A DNA stretch of 64,000 nt from Candidatus Kaiserbacteria bacterium (GCA_016432285.1 CP066682.1:15026-79025), one strand, 5' to 3'. Counted from the first letter of the stretch, positions 50,023 through 59,835 are shown. Notes: a model not told the origin generated them from the letters alone. Made by a program: numbers and translations.

Positions 50023-50598
50023 ATGATCGGACGGCTCGAGGGAGAAGTATCGGCACTGCGACCCGGATTCTGCATTCTGAGCGTGGGCGGCGTCGGGTAC
50101 CGCGTAGCGGGGACGCGCGAAGCGCTCGCTTCCCTCAAGGTGGGTGAGCGCGCCGCATTCTGGACGTACCTTGCGGTGCGCGAAGACGCGCTCGATCTCT
50201 ACGGCTTCAAAACGGAAAACGAGCAGCACTTTTTTGAAATGCTGCTTTCGGTCCCGGGCATCGGTCCCAAATCCGCACTCGCCATCCTGGATCTCGCGCT
50301 CGTGGAAACACTCCGCAGCGCGATCGCAAGCGGCAACGCTTCGTATCTCACCAAGGTGTCAGGCATCGGCAAGAAAACCGCGGAGAAAATCGTAGTCGAG
50401 CTGCGCGACAAGGTGGGCGCGAGCGCGGAAGGCGTGGAGCGGAGCCTCAGCGGCGACGAGGAGGCCCTCGAAGCGATGCGGGCGCTCGGCTACAGCCACG
50501 CCGAAGCGCGGGAAGCGTTGCGAAAAGTGCCGACGGAAGTCGTGGGCGGCAGCGCGCGGCTGCGCGAAGCGCTTCGGATTCTCGGCTCCCGTTCATGA
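50023..50598 (+). CDS. ruvA: Holliday junction DNA helicase subunit RuvA
   Basis: MIGRLEGEV..., an OB domain, two HhH motifs (LLSVPGIGPKSALAIL and KVSGIGKKTAEKIV) and a C-terminal domain III. Confidence 0.85.
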   Translation: MIGRLEGEVSALRPGFCILSVGGVGYRVAGTREALASLKVGERAAFWTYLAVREDALDLYGFKTENEQHFFEMLLSVPGIGPKSALAILDLALVETLRSAIASGNASYLTKVSGIGKKTAEKIVVELRDKVGASAEGVERSLSGDEEALEAMRALGYSHAEAREALRKVPTEVVGGSARLREALRILGSRS

Positions 50599-51872
50599 CG
50601 CCCGGGCAATCGCTCAAAATAGTGCTGAAGCACGCGCTGCCCCCGGCGCTTTTCGAAAAACTGCTCTCTGCATACCATTTTCTGCTCGCGGGCATCGGCG
50701 CGCTGCTGTACCGCTTTCCTTCGAGGAGGCTCCTTGTCGTGGGCGTTACCGGCACCAAGGGTAAGTCGAGCGTAACCGAAATGATCAACGCGATCCTGGA
50801 AGAAGCGGGGCACCGCACCGCGCTCATCAATTCGATCCGCATCAAGATCGGCGACAAATCGATGCGCAACGCGTCGGGTCGCTCCATGCCCGGGCGTTTT
50901 TTCATCCAGCGCTTTTTGCGACGCGCGCTCGCCCGCAAGTGCACGGCAGCAATCCTTGAGATGACATCTGAGGGCGCGAGGCAGCACCGCCATCGCTTTC
51001 TCGACCTCAACGCGCTCGTGTTTACCAACCTCGCGCCCGAGCATATCGAATCGCACGGCTCGTACGAAGAGTACGCCGACGCGAAATACTCGATCGGGCT
51101 TCAGCTCGTCCGCTCGCACAAACGTCCGCGCCTTTTGGTCGCCAATGCGGACGATCCTGAGAGCGCGCGCTATCTTCTCCTGCCGGTCGAATCGGCAATC
51201 CCCTTCTCGCTTTCGGCGCAGCGTCCGTGGACGGCGGACGAGCGCGGCGGCTCGTTCACCTTTGAGGGCGTACAGGTCCCCGTGCAATTGCCTGGAGAGT
51301 TTTCACTCCGCAACGCGCTCGCGGCTGCCATGCTCGCGCGAGCGCTCGGCGTGCACAGAGAAGTGATCGCACGTGCACTCGATACGCTGCGCGAGATACC
51401 CGGGCGCGCGCAGCGTATTGAGGAGGGGCAAGCCTTTACCGTTGTCGTCGACTACGCACATACTCCGGACTCTCTCAAGGCGCTCTTCGAGGCATACCGA
51501 TCGAAGCGAAAAATCTGCGTCGTGAGCGCCACCGGCGGCGGACGCGACAAGTGGAAGCGGCCCGTCATGGGGAAAGTGGCGAGCGAGCAGTGTGATGTGG
51601 TGATCGTTACCAACGAGGATCCGTACGACGAGGACCCCCGGGCGATCGCCGAGGAGGTCGCGGACGGCGCGGCAAAGGCGGTGATCGAAATCGACCGGCG
51701 CACCGCGATTCGAAGAGCGCTTGCGGAGGCTCGTCCCGGGGATGCGGTCTTGATCACCGGCAAGGGTACCGACTCGTCGATCCACGGCCCTGCGGGGAGC
51801 GAAATCCCGTGGAACGACGCCGCAGTGGTGCGGGACGAGCTGAAGAAAGTTTTGCAAAACAAAGCGCAGTGA
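50595..51872 (+). CDS. Mur ligase family protein (MurE-like central and C-terminal domains; the N-terminal domain is short or absent)
   Basis: P-loop VGVTGTKGKSSV and Mur ligase motif DYAHTPDS are present. There are only about 45 aa before the P-loop. It overlaps the ruvA stop (ATGA). Confidence 0.6.
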   Translation: MTPGQSLKIVLKHALPPALFEKLLSAYHFLLAGIGALLYRFPSRRLLVVGVTGTKGKSSVTEMINAILEEAGHRTALINSIRIKIGDKSMRNASGRSMPGRFFIQRFLRRALARKCTAAILEMTSEGARQHRHRFLDLNALVFTNLAPEHIESHGSYEEYADAKYSIGLQLVRSHKRPRLLVANADDPESARYLLLPVESAIPFSLSAQRPWTADERGGSFTFEGVQVPVQLPGEFSLRNALAAAMLARALGVHREVIARALDTLREIPGRAQRIEEGQAFTVVVDYAHTPDSLKALFEAYRSKRKICVVSATGGGRDKWKRPVMGKVASEQCDVVIVTNEDPYDEDPRAIAEEVADGAAKAVIEIDRRTAIRRALAEARPGDAVLITGKGTDSSIHGPAGSEIPWNDAAVVRDELKKVLQNKAQ

Positions 51873-51901
51873 AGGGGCGGCGCGTACTATAATCTGAATA
51901 C

Positions 51902-52924
51902 ATGGCATCGCACGGCGGCGGAGGCGGAATGGTCAAGACGATCCTGATCTGGTCGGCGGTCATCATCGCGATCATCCTCGTGCTCTTGTGGCTCATTTCG
52001 GGCGGGCCACGCAAAATCCGCGAGGCAGCCGGAGGTATCGGAAATCCGCTCTCGGCGATCTTCGGATTCGGCACCTCCAAGGGAGCGGCGTTCAAACTGC
52101 CGTGGCAGCCGAACGATCTCAACATCGCGCCGGAACTTACCTTTGGCACTGACACGGAATCGGGAGAGTCGCCGAATCCGGACGAGCTGAGCGATGCGGA
52201 GCGGGAATATGAGGAGCTCCAGCGAAAAATTGTGGCGGCCAAAAATTTCGGCGAACCGTCGCCCTATCGCGGACAGGTGTCGATCTACGAGCACGCCGCA
52301 GACGAGAGCGCGGAGAGCGAGTACGTCTCGATCCAGGCTTCGAGCGAAAACACCGCGCCCGTATCGCTCGCTGGCTGGTCGCTCCAGAGCGCGGTTACCG
52401 GTATTCGCGGCTTCGTGCCGCGCGGCACGAGCATCTTCACCTTGGGTGCGATCAACGCGCAGCAAACCATTTCGCTTGAGCCGGGAGTGTCGGCGGTGAT
52501 CGCGAGCGGCTTTTCGCCCGTCGGTACGTCATTCCGCGAAAATCTCTGCACCGGCTATCTTTCGCAAATGCAGGATTTCAGACCCTCGCTGGGGAACCGT
52601 TGCCCCGCGCCTTCGGAATCGCTGCCGCTCACCGCGGACAACGTGCGATTGTACGGCGAGAGCTGCATCGACTTCGTGCGCGAGCTCCCCGCGTGCACCT
52701 TTCCGCTCACCGTACCCAACAACCTCACCTCCGCGTGCCGCGGATTCATCGTCGAGAAGCTCTCGTATAACGGCTGCGTCGACACGTACCGTTATCGCAG
52801 CACCTTTTTGCGCGGCGTGTGGAGAATCTACCTCGGTGCTGGCAACGAGCTCTGGCGCAACGCGCACGATGTTGTCCGTCTTCTCGATGCCGAAGGACGC
52901 ACAGTAGACGTGCTCGTGTATTAG
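51902..52924 (+). CDS. Membrane-anchored hypothetical protein with a lamin-tail-domain-like region
   Basis: Gly-rich N-terminus, a TM helix, an acidic linker and a domain containing ...TAPVSLAGWSLQS (LTD-like GW motif). There are six Cys in the C-terminal third. Confidence 0.4.
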   Translation: MASHGGGGGMVKTILIWSAVIIAIILVLLWLISGGPRKIREAAGGIGNPLSAIFGFGTSKGAAFKLPWQPNDLNIAPELTFGTDTESGESPNPDELSDAEREYEELQRKIVAAKNFGEPSPYRGQVSIYEHAADESAESEYVSIQASSENTAPVSLAGWSLQSAVTGIRGFVPRGTSIFTLGAINAQQTISLEPGVSAVIASGFSPVGTSFRENLCTGYLSQMQDFRPSLGNRCPAPSESLPLTADNVRLYGESCIDFVRELPACTFPLTVPNNLTSACRGFIVEKLSYNGCVDTYRYRSTFLRGVWRIYLGAGNELWRNAHDVVRLLDAEGRTVDVLVY

Positions 52925-53385
52925 GAGCGAGCAGAAAAGAGAATCACTCCCGCAGCCACGGCGACGTTGAGGGACTCTTTTTTTCCGCGCATCGGTATTT
53001 CGATCAGCGTGTCGCACCGTTCGCGCAGCTTCGGCGAGAGCCCGCGCACCTCGTTGCCAAACACATAGAGTACGCGCCCTTTCGGCTTCAGCTTCCGATA
53101 ATCCTTCGATCGCGGATCCTGTTCGACGCCGACGATCCTCCACCCCGACTTTCGCAGTGTGGCGATCACCGATTCGGCGGATGCACTTTTTTGCCACGGA
53201 ATGAACTGCTCGGCACCGAGCGCTGTCTTCGCGATCTCCTTTTGCGGACGGCCGAACCGATCGATCGGCGCGGGTGTGAACCCGGAGAGATAGACCTTCG
53301 ATACGCCGGCGGCATCGGCGGTGCGAAAAATGGATCCGACGTTGTGCGTGCTGCGGACGTTGTGCAAAAGGATCGCGATTTCCAT
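52921..53385 (-). CDS. SpoU/TrmH-family RNA 2'-O-methyltransferase
   Basis: SPOUT motifs HNVGSIFRTADAAG, VGVEQ and IEIPMRGKKESLNVAVAAGV. Confidence 0.8.
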   Translation of the reverse strand: MEIAILLHNVRSTHNVGSIFRTADAAGVSKVYLSGFTPAPIDRFGRPQKEIAKTALGAEQFIPWQKSASAESVIATLRKSGWRIVGVEQDPRSKDYRKLKPKGRVLYVFGNEVRGLSPKLRERCDTLIEIPMRGKKESLNVAVAAGVILFSARS

Positions 53386-53422
53386 GCGGCACACTGTATA
53401 GGCAATACGCTATACTGTCTCC

Positions 53423-53767
53423 ATGCTCTCGGTTTTCCCCGAAATCCTCTACCTCTCACCATTCGCACCCTTTCTTATTCGCGTCGCGCTTGCGGTCGTC
53501 TTTGGATACGCGGCATGGCAACACTTACAGCGAAATGATATGCCTTCTCGCGTACTCGCGGTCGGCGAGATCGCGGTAGCGATCGCGTTTGTGGCGGGCT
53601 GGTGGACGCAGCCGGCGGCGATTCTTGCCACGATCGTGGGCGCGATCTGGTTTTTCCAACCAACGAGCCGCGTCTATGCCCTGAGCACGATCCTGCTTTC
53701 GATCTTGCTTCCCTTCACGCTCCTCATCACCGGCGCCGGCGCACTCGCCTTCGATCTGCCGCTCTAA
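53423..53767 (+). CDS. DoxX-family small membrane protein
   Basis: Three or four TM helices of DoxX-like size and hydrophobicity pattern. Confidence 0.6.
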   Translation: MLSVFPEILYLSPFAPFLIRVALAVVFGYAAWQHLQRNDMPSRVLAVGEIAVAIAFVAGWWTQPAAILATIVGAIWFFQPTSRVYALSTILLSILLPFTLLITGAGALAFDLPL

Positions 53768-53806
53768 TAGCATCTCGAACCGCTGTCTGTTACGATGCAA
53801 AGGTAG

Positions 53807-53878
53807 CCGCCCGTAGCTCAGTGGTAGAGCAGACGCCTTTTAAGCGTAAGGTCGTTGGATCGTTCCCAACCGGGCGGA
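53807..53878 (+). tRNA. tRNA-Lys (anticodon TTT), atypical
   Basis: Folded by hand. Acceptor CCGCCCG/CGGGCGG (7 Watson-Crick pairs, C1-G72), D-arm GCTC-AGTGGTA-GAGC and anticodon loop CTTTTAA. The T-loop ATCGTTC has A54/T58 swapped relative to the usual T54/A58. CCA is not encoded. Confidence 0.75.
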
Positions 53879-53879
53879 C

Positions 53880-54737
53880 ATGAATGCCTTCGCCAAACGC
53901 TGCGTCGAACTGCGAAAATCGGATCACACGCTCAATGAGATATCCGAGATAACCGGACGACCCAAAACGTCAGTGTATCCCTACATCCGCCACATGCCGC
54001 TCAGCAGGGAGCGGAAAGAGGCGGTTCTCGATTCGTATCGGTTGCGCGTGCGCAAAATTGCCGCGCGGAGGAAAGGAAAGAGCGTCAGAAGCTTCAAGAG
54101 ATTCACTTCGTGGAGTCCGCAAACGGTATCGCTCGTATCGCATCTGATTTTTGACGGCGAGCTGAACCGCTCCGGTTGTAGTTACAACAACCGAAGCTCG
54201 AGTCTCATTGCGCACGTACGGGAGTGTATGAGGCGGATATACGATTACGATCCGAGAAGCTACGTGGATCCCAAGAGCAAGGTAATCCGCATTAGCTATT
54301 ACAACGTCGCTCTTGGACAATACCTGACACGAAAGTCGCGAGAGCTACTCGGCACAATCGATGTCATGTCGACGGATTCCAAAAAGGAGTTCTTGAAAGC
54401 TTTTTTCAACGACGAGGGCTGCATGGACTTTAGGCCCGAAAGAAATGTCCGGCAGATTCGTGGTTATCAAAAGAACGTGGCCGTCCTACAGATTGTAAAG
54501 GGTCTTCTGCTCGATATGGGAATTGAATCAACAGTTAAGAAACCAAATGAAGTCGTGATCGTCGGTCGAGAGAATCTTTTGAGATTTGGGGAAAAAGTAA
54601 ACTTCTCCCCAGGGGTGCGCATCAATGGATTGCGGTCGAACAGCCTCTGGAAGCAGCCGATGGAGAAGCGCGAACTTCTCGAGCGCGCGATCGCATCGTA
54701 CAAACCCGCAGGCAGCAGCGGTGTGCATCGCCGCTGA
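53880..54737 (+). CDS. LAGLIDADG-type homing endonuclease with an N-terminal HTH
   Basis: Motifs LVSHLIFDGELN and FLKAFFNDEGCMD lie about 100 aa apart, preceded by an HTH (TLNEISEITGRPKTSVYPYI). The ATG starts 2 nt after the tRNA-Lys discriminator base. Confidence 0.6.
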   Translation: MNAFAKRCVELRKSDHTLNEISEITGRPKTSVYPYIRHMPLSRERKEAVLDSYRLRVRKIAARRKGKSVRSFKRFTSWSPQTVSLVSHLIFDGELNRSGCSYNNRSSSLIAHVRECMRRIYDYDPRSYVDPKSKVIRISYYNVALGQYLTRKSRELLGTIDVMSTDSKKEFLKAFFNDEGCMDFRPERNVRQIRGYQKNVAVLQIVKGLLLDMGIESTVKKPNEVVIVGRENLLRFGEKVNFSPGVRINGLRSNSLWKQPMEKRELLERAIASYKPAGSSGVHRR

Positions 54738-56060
54738 TTAGATCGCGATATTGACGGTCGTCTCGTCTTTCACTTTCGTGCCGTCGGGAGCGGTGCACTC
54801 GATCGTAAAGGTCGTTGCGCCCGAAAGCGGCACGGTGGACGCGCCGCCGGAAAGCTCGTCTTCGGTGAAGTTGCCGTCGGAGGAAGTGATGGCGCAGCTC
54901 GTGACGCCCTTCGTATTCCAAAAGACAGAGGTGCGCGAGCCGAGCGCTACCGATGCGGGCGCGGCCCAGATGTCGACCTCGGGCGGTACGACAGTCTGTT
55001 GCTGTGCCGGCGCCTGTGTGCTTCCTTGGGCCGGCGTCGTCTGCTGCGTGAGCTGCACCGAAGGATTCTGCGTCTGCTGCGCGACTTGCGGCTGAAGACC
55101 TACCTGGTAACCACGCCATGAGCAGAGGCTGTCGAAGAAGGAGGGTGGAATGATGAACGAGACGACAGAATTGGACCACGGCCGCGTGGTGCAGAGCGTG
55201 GCGACAACGCCCTGCGGCTGCGTAGTGCCAAAGGTGCTGCCGCCATAAAAGCCCGCAATCTCCGTGTTGGTCTGCGGATCGCGTGCGTTGGCGATCACGG
55301 TGGCTCCCGAATCGAGCACGCGGATGTCGCCCTGCGTCGTCGGCTGCAAACTCGTCGACTGGCCGGCGAGCGAGGAGGTTTGCGTGCCTCCGGTCGAGGT
55401 CTGCGTCGTCGGCTGCTGCGAAGAACCACCCGTGGTGATGTTGAGCAGATTCTGGCTCACGTTGACGGGCGTGCTCTCCTCGTCGCCGAAGGCCGCCCCG
55501 AGCGAGCTTCCCGTGCTGCCGCCGAGCGCACTCAAAAGTCCGTCGGTGCTGTTACTGCTGAGGGGATTATTGACCGATGCGGTTGCGGGCGGCACGTAGT
55601 AGGCGCACGGATCGGAGCTCGGCACCGTCACTTGGTAGTACTGCGTGCAACCGCTCTGTCCCGGGATCGCTCCTCCTGCTGCGCCACCACCGGTGGCGGG
55701 AGACCCACCCCCACCGCCGCCCTTTCCTCCGCCGCCGAGGAGCTCCTTGATCTTGCCCAAAATGCCCATGAATTGGTCCAGCCCCTGGATGCCTTGCATG
55801 CCTCCGCTCAAACCTTGAAAGCCCGTACCCTTGCAGCCGATTGGCGTGCACGTGCCCGTTACGGTTTTGCCGGCTGCAGTCGTTGTGCACGGTTTTGGAA
55901 GACACGGCGGGTTCGCCTGGCACTGGATAAAGTAATTTATGCACATCTGATCCACCCCCTCCGCGACATTGACTTGCGCAGTCGCGACAAGCGCAAAACC
56001 GAAAAGCACGATCGAGAAGGTGCTGAGAGCAAGCGCGAGGCGCAATGACATACGCTCCAT
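54738..56060 (-). CDS. Secreted low-complexity (Gly/Thr/Gln-rich) protein with N-terminal Cys-rich and C-terminal Ig-like domains
   Basis: Signal peptide, a Cys cluster (CINYFIQCQANPPCLPKPCTTT...CTPIGC), poly-Gly and poly-Q/T tracts. The C-terminal domain is similar to that of the 47447..49531 protein. Confidence 0.5.
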   Translation of the reverse strand: MERMSLRLALALSTFSIVLFGFALVATAQVNVAEGVDQMCINYFIQCQANPPCLPKPCTTTAAGKTVTGTCTPIGCKGTGFQGLSGGMQGIQGLDQFMGILGKIKELLGGGGKGGGGGGSPATGGGAAGGAIPGQSGCTQYYQVTVPSSDPCAYYVPPATASVNNPLSSNSTDGLLSALGGSTGSSLGAAFGDEESTPVNVSQNLLNITTGGSSQQPTTQTSTGGTQTSSLAGQSTSLQPTTQGDIRVLDSGATVIANARDPQTNTEIAGFYGGSTFGTTQPQGVVATLCTTRPWSNSVVSFIIPPSFFDSLCSWRGYQVGLQPQVAQQTQNPSVQLTQQTTPAQGSTQAPAQQQTVVPPEVDIWAAPASVALGSRTSVFWNTKGVTSCAITSSDGNFTEDELSGGASTVPLSGATTFTIECTAPDGTKVKDETTVNIAI

Positions 56061-56095
56061 GCTACCGCCTTCGAGTAGGATCGCAATGCATTTTT

Positions 56096-56740
56096 TCAGG
56101 ATTTGTTGACACCGAGAATGTAGCGCTCAAGGGCGTATTCGAGCTCCACACCTTTGCGGCGCGATTCGTGCGGTAGCTCGGCGAGATCCGCTACGTATTT
56201 TTCCGCACGAGCGCGCTTTGCTCCTTCTGACTGGATGAACATCTGTTTGGCGCCCCAAAAGAGCACGCCGTGGATCGCTTCGGGTGCCTCCTTGCGCGCG
56301 AGCGCTTCTTGGTAACCCACCCAGAGCGCCTTTCGGTCGCCTTGGCTCAGAGCCCGAGCGAGTACGAAAATATCGCCGCGCCTTTCCTTTTTGGGTGCAT
56401 CAAACTTCTTGCTCTCTTTTGCGTATTTCTCAATCAGCTTGCGGGTCGCCGCATCGGGCTTCTCCTCAAAAATAGAGAAGGATTCATCGGATTCTTTGAG
56501 ATGCGGAAGCGCTTCCAGCATTACCGCGCGCATCTCCTCGTTGGCAAACACGCCCTCGAGTATCACGACTCGTTTACCGGCAAACATTCCCCCTCCCCGC
56601 AAAGCGCTCTCCAAGTCCGCGAGCGTGTGTGCATCGGTAATGCGCACGATCTCGCCTTTTTTGCCTGCTTCAGCTTCGGCCGCTTTATTCATCGCGGCCC
56701 GCGCCCTTTGCCTGTCTGTTCCGCTAAAAAAATAGATCAT
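56096..56740 (-). CDS. holA: DNA polymerase III delta subunit-like protein (short HolA)
   Basis: N-terminal MIYFFSGTD...KRVVILEG pattern resembles the HolA N-terminal domain. It overlaps the polA stop (ATGA). It is shorter than canonical HolA. Confidence 0.5.
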   Translation of the reverse strand: MIYFFSGTDRQRARAAMNKAAEAEAGKKGEIVRITDAHTLADLESALRGGGMFAGKRVVILEGVFANEEMRAVMLEALPHLKESDESFSIFEEKPDAATRKLIEKYAKESKKFDAPKKERRGDIFVLARALSQGDRKALWVGYQEALARKEAPEAIHGVLFWGAKQMFIQSEGAKRARAEKYVADLAELPHESRRKGVELEYALERYILGVNKS

Positions 56741-59133
56741 GCGCGCTTTGTTTTTTGCACCTCGCCCCAATTGGGGCCCATGGAAATATCGACGATGATC
56801 GGCACGCCATTGAGCGCTTTCGGCGATACAACGGATTCCATGACATGCCGGATCTCCTCGGAAATCTCTTGCGCGCTCTGTATGTCCACTTCATACACAA
56901 GCTCGTCGTGCACCTGCAAAAGAAGGTCGGCCTTCGCGCGCCACCCCTTCTTCTCGATCACTGCGTCGGCCTCCACCATCGCGAGCTTGATGATGTCCGA
57001 CTGCGTGCCTTGCATGGGGGCGTTGGTGGCCATGCGCTCCGCCTGCGCCCGGAGGTTCGGGAGTGCGGATTTGAAACCGGAGAAGTAGCGGCGGCGCCCG
57101 AAGAGCGTCTCCGTGTACCCGAAGCGTGCAGCTTCGGCCTTGGTGCTCTCGATAAACTGCGCGAGCTTCGCGTATTTCTTGAAGTAGTCGTCGAGAAATT
57201 TCGCCGCCTCGTCGCGCGAGATCGACTCCCCGAGATTCGACCGCAGAGCGTTGACGCCCATGCCGTAGAGGATGCCGAAGTTGATCACCTTGGCGCGGCG
57301 CCGCATTTCGTAGTCCACCTTCTCGGGAGCAACGCCGAAGACTTCGGACGCGACGGCGGTGTGAATATCGCCGCCCGCTTTAAACACCTCGACCAACTTC
57401 GGATCGCCCGAGAGCCCGGCCGCGATACGGAGCTCGATCTGCGAGTAATCGAGCGCCGCGAGCACGCGGCCGGGCGAGGCAGCGAAGGCTTTGCGGATGC
57501 GTCTGCCGTAATCGGTCTTCACCGGAATGTTCTGCAAATTGGGATCCTTGCTCGCCATGCGGCCGGTCGTCGTGCCGGCCTGGAGAAACTGCGCATGAAG
57601 CCGGCCGTCGCTTCCGACGTACGCCGGCATCTTTTCGATGTAGGTAGAGAGGAGCTTCTGGAGTTCGCGATACGCGAGCACGTCGGCGATGATCGGATGC
57701 TGCGCGCTCATCTTTTGGAGCTCGTCCTCGCGCGTGGTGCGCGCTCCTCCCGCGGTCTTTTTTTGTTTCTCCGGCGTGATCTTGAGCTCGTCGTAGAGCA
57801 CCGTGCCGAGCTGTTTCGGGGAGCTGACGTTGAACTCCCGCCCGGCATGCTGGTAGATGCGGGCCGCGATCTCGCCGAGCTCCTTGCTGTACTCGCGCGA
57901 GAGTGTTTTCAAATACTTCGTATCGAGCGATATGCCGGTTTTGTTCATGCGATCCACCACTGGCATGAGAGGCTTTTCGATCTTTTCCCACACCTCCTGC
58001 AAGCGGCCCGTTTTCGCGAGCTCGTCGAAAATTGCTTTCCGCGCCACATCGAAATCATCCGCATTCGTGTACGCGAGGATGTCTTCGAGCGTGGGGTCGC
58101 TAAGGTCGGAGCGCAGAAGCCAGAGTGCGATCGAGGTTTCTCGCAGCTCCAGTGGATCGACCGCGGATCGCTCCTTTTGTGTGACGGGCCGCTGCCCTAC
58201 TTCTTCAGCGAGCGCGCGTACACGCTCCCTGATTGAGCGAAATTCGAGCTCCTCGCAGAGCTTGATGATTGGATCGGTGTGATCGAGGATTTCCCACTTC
58301 TTTTTGGGGAGAGAAAAATCGATTGGCGCATCGTGGTGGATCGTGGCGAGCGATTTGGAGAGCTCCGCCTCCTTTTTCCCCTCCTCGATCAGCTTCACGA
58401 AGCGCTTCTGCACGCCCGCTTCATCGGCCACCTTTTCGTGTCCGACCGCTTTGATTTTTTTGTAGATGTCTTCGAGGCTGCCGTACTGAGCGATCAGCTT
58501 CGATGCGGTTCCCTCTCCCACGCCCCGCACGCCGGAGATGTTGTCGGACGGATCTCCCTTCAGGCCTTTGTAGTCAACGACGTGTTCGGGCCCGAATCCG
58601 TACCGCTCCTTCACCGCATCCACGTCAAAGAGAGCGAGATCGTTGACTCCCGTTTTCATGGTGTACACAAGCACGTTGTCGGATACGAGCTGGAGCATGT
58701 CCATATCTCCCGAAACGATCACCACCTGCATGTCTTTTTTCTTCCGGAGCGTGTGGACCAAGGTGCCGATCATGTCGTCGGCTTCGTACCCCTTTGCGGA
58801 GTATTCGGGAATGCCGAACGCCTCGAATATCTTCGGCGCACGATCGAGCTGCACGACGAGCTCGTCGTCGGTCTTCGCGCGCGTGCCCTTGTAGGCTTCG
58901 AAGAGCTCATGCCGCTTCGTGGGGCCGTGCAAATCGCGCGTGGCGATGATGTAGTCGGGCTTCAGCGTGTCGATCGCCTTCAAGAGCGTGGTCGTGAGAC
59001 CGTAGAGTGCGCCCGTGGGCTCGCCCTTGGAGGTCGAGAAATCGGGAATCGCGTGATAGGCGCGGTGCAAAATGGCGTGAGAATCGAGAATGATCACGCG
59101 CTCCTTGCCGCTTCCCTTTTTCTTTTTTGGCAT
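56737..59133 (-). CDS. polA: DNA polymerase I
   Basis: 5'-3' exonuclease domain (HAILHRAYHA...GDPSDNISGVRGVGEGTA) and polymerase motifs A (DYSQIELR), B (RRRAKVINFGILYG) and C (VHDELV). Confidence 0.95.
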   Translation of the reverse strand: MPKKKKGSGKERVIILDSHAILHRAYHAIPDFSTSKGEPTGALYGLTTTLLKAIDTLKPDYIIATRDLHGPTKRHELFEAYKGTRAKTDDELVVQLDRAPKIFEAFGIPEYSAKGYEADDMIGTLVHTLRKKKDMQVVIVSGDMDMLQLVSDNVLVYTMKTGVNDLALFDVDAVKERYGFGPEHVVDYKGLKGDPSDNISGVRGVGEGTASKLIAQYGSLEDIYKKIKAVGHEKVADEAGVQKRFVKLIEEGKKEAELSKSLATIHHDAPIDFSLPKKKWEILDHTDPIIKLCEELEFRSIRERVRALAEEVGQRPVTQKERSAVDPLELRETSIALWLLRSDLSDPTLEDILAYTNADDFDVARKAIFDELAKTGRLQEVWEKIEKPLMPVVDRMNKTGISLDTKYLKTLSREYSKELGEIAARIYQHAGREFNVSSPKQLGTVLYDELKITPEKQKKTAGGARTTREDELQKMSAQHPIIADVLAYRELQKLLSTYIEKMPAYVGSDGRLHAQFLQAGTTTGRMASKDPNLQNIPVKTDYGRRIRKAFAASPGRVLAALDYSQIELRIAAGLSGDPKLVEVFKAGGDIHTAVASEVFGVAPEKVDYEMRRRAKVINFGILYGMGVNALRSNLGESISRDEAAKFLDDYFKKYAKLAQFIESTKAEAARFGYTETLFGRRRYFSGFKSALPNLRAQAERMATNAPMQGTQSDIIKLAMVEADAVIEKKGWRAKADLLLQVHDELVYEVDIQSAQEISEEIRHVMESVVSPKALNGVPIIVDISMGPNWGEVQKTKRA

Positions 59134-59245
59134 TCCCCCGATGATACGCCCGCAGAGGGGGAAGTAAATCGTGCGAGATCTGTTGACGCCGAGAGCATGA
59201 AGCGTAGCATTTGAGGTCGGCCTCGACCCTGAACCAACCGAGGCA

Positions 59246-59551
59246 ATGGAGGAAGCCATGATCTACGTGGTCAACTACATCGACGTGCTCGTGCTCGGAT
59301 TCTTTTTTGCCGTGCGCGCAGTCTCTGATTCACAGCACGACTGTTACCTGCCGCGTGCGGCCGAGTGGGCTTTATACGCCCTCTTTATCGGTGCCGAAGT
59401 GAGCTACCTCGCGTACCTCGCGACAATCGGAACGCCGCGGTCGTACAGAGAGGTTGTCTTGACGGCTGTCATGCTGGGGTTCGCGTACCTCTTCGGCCTG
59501 TACGTGCAGTACACGGTGAAGCACGAAAGCTCGCGGGAGAACACGTCATGA
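59246..59551 (+). CDS. Hypothetical small membrane protein
   Basis: Three TM helices. It is divergent from polA. Confidence 0.35.
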   Translation: MEEAMIYVVNYIDVLVLGFFFAVRAVSDSQHDCYLPRAAEWALYALFIGAEVSYLAYLATIGTPRSYREVVLTAVMLGFAYLFGLYVQYTVKHESSRENTS

Positions 59552-59835
59552 TCGCGATCTATGCGCTCGTTCTCGCGGCGGCACTCGGCGTGGGGTATCT
59601 GCTGTACGCGGAAACCACGACGATGCCGCAGCGCGTCTTCGCGTTCGGTCTCTTGATGCTCCTGATGTTCGTCTACACCGCGTGGCGCCAAGACATCCGG
59701 TTCTATTACGGGTACGAGTTTGAACGCTCCGCGCACGTAATTGTAAGCTTGGTCTTCTACGGCATCGGCACTCCGATCGTGCTGCGGCTGCTCCCGGCCT
59801 TCTGGCGAGCGCTCTCGCGCTCTTTGCACATCTGA
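59548..59835 (+). CDS. Hypothetical small membrane protein
   Basis: Three TM helices. It overlaps the upstream ORF (ATGA). It is an internal start of track ORF 59365..59835. Confidence 0.35.
   Translation: MIAIYALVLAAALGVGYLLYAETTTMPQRVFAFGLLMLLMFVYTAWRQDIRFYYGYEFERSAHVIVSLVFYGIGTPIVLRLLPAFWRALSRSLHI

Noticed and set aside
35623-54737. Considered that the endonuclease ORFs are inside group I/II introns interrupting tRNA genes
   Set aside because: Each adjacent tRNA is contiguous and folds into a complete cloverleaf with intact acceptor, D, anticodon and T arms. The ORFs lie wholly outside the tRNA, 0-2 nt from its end.
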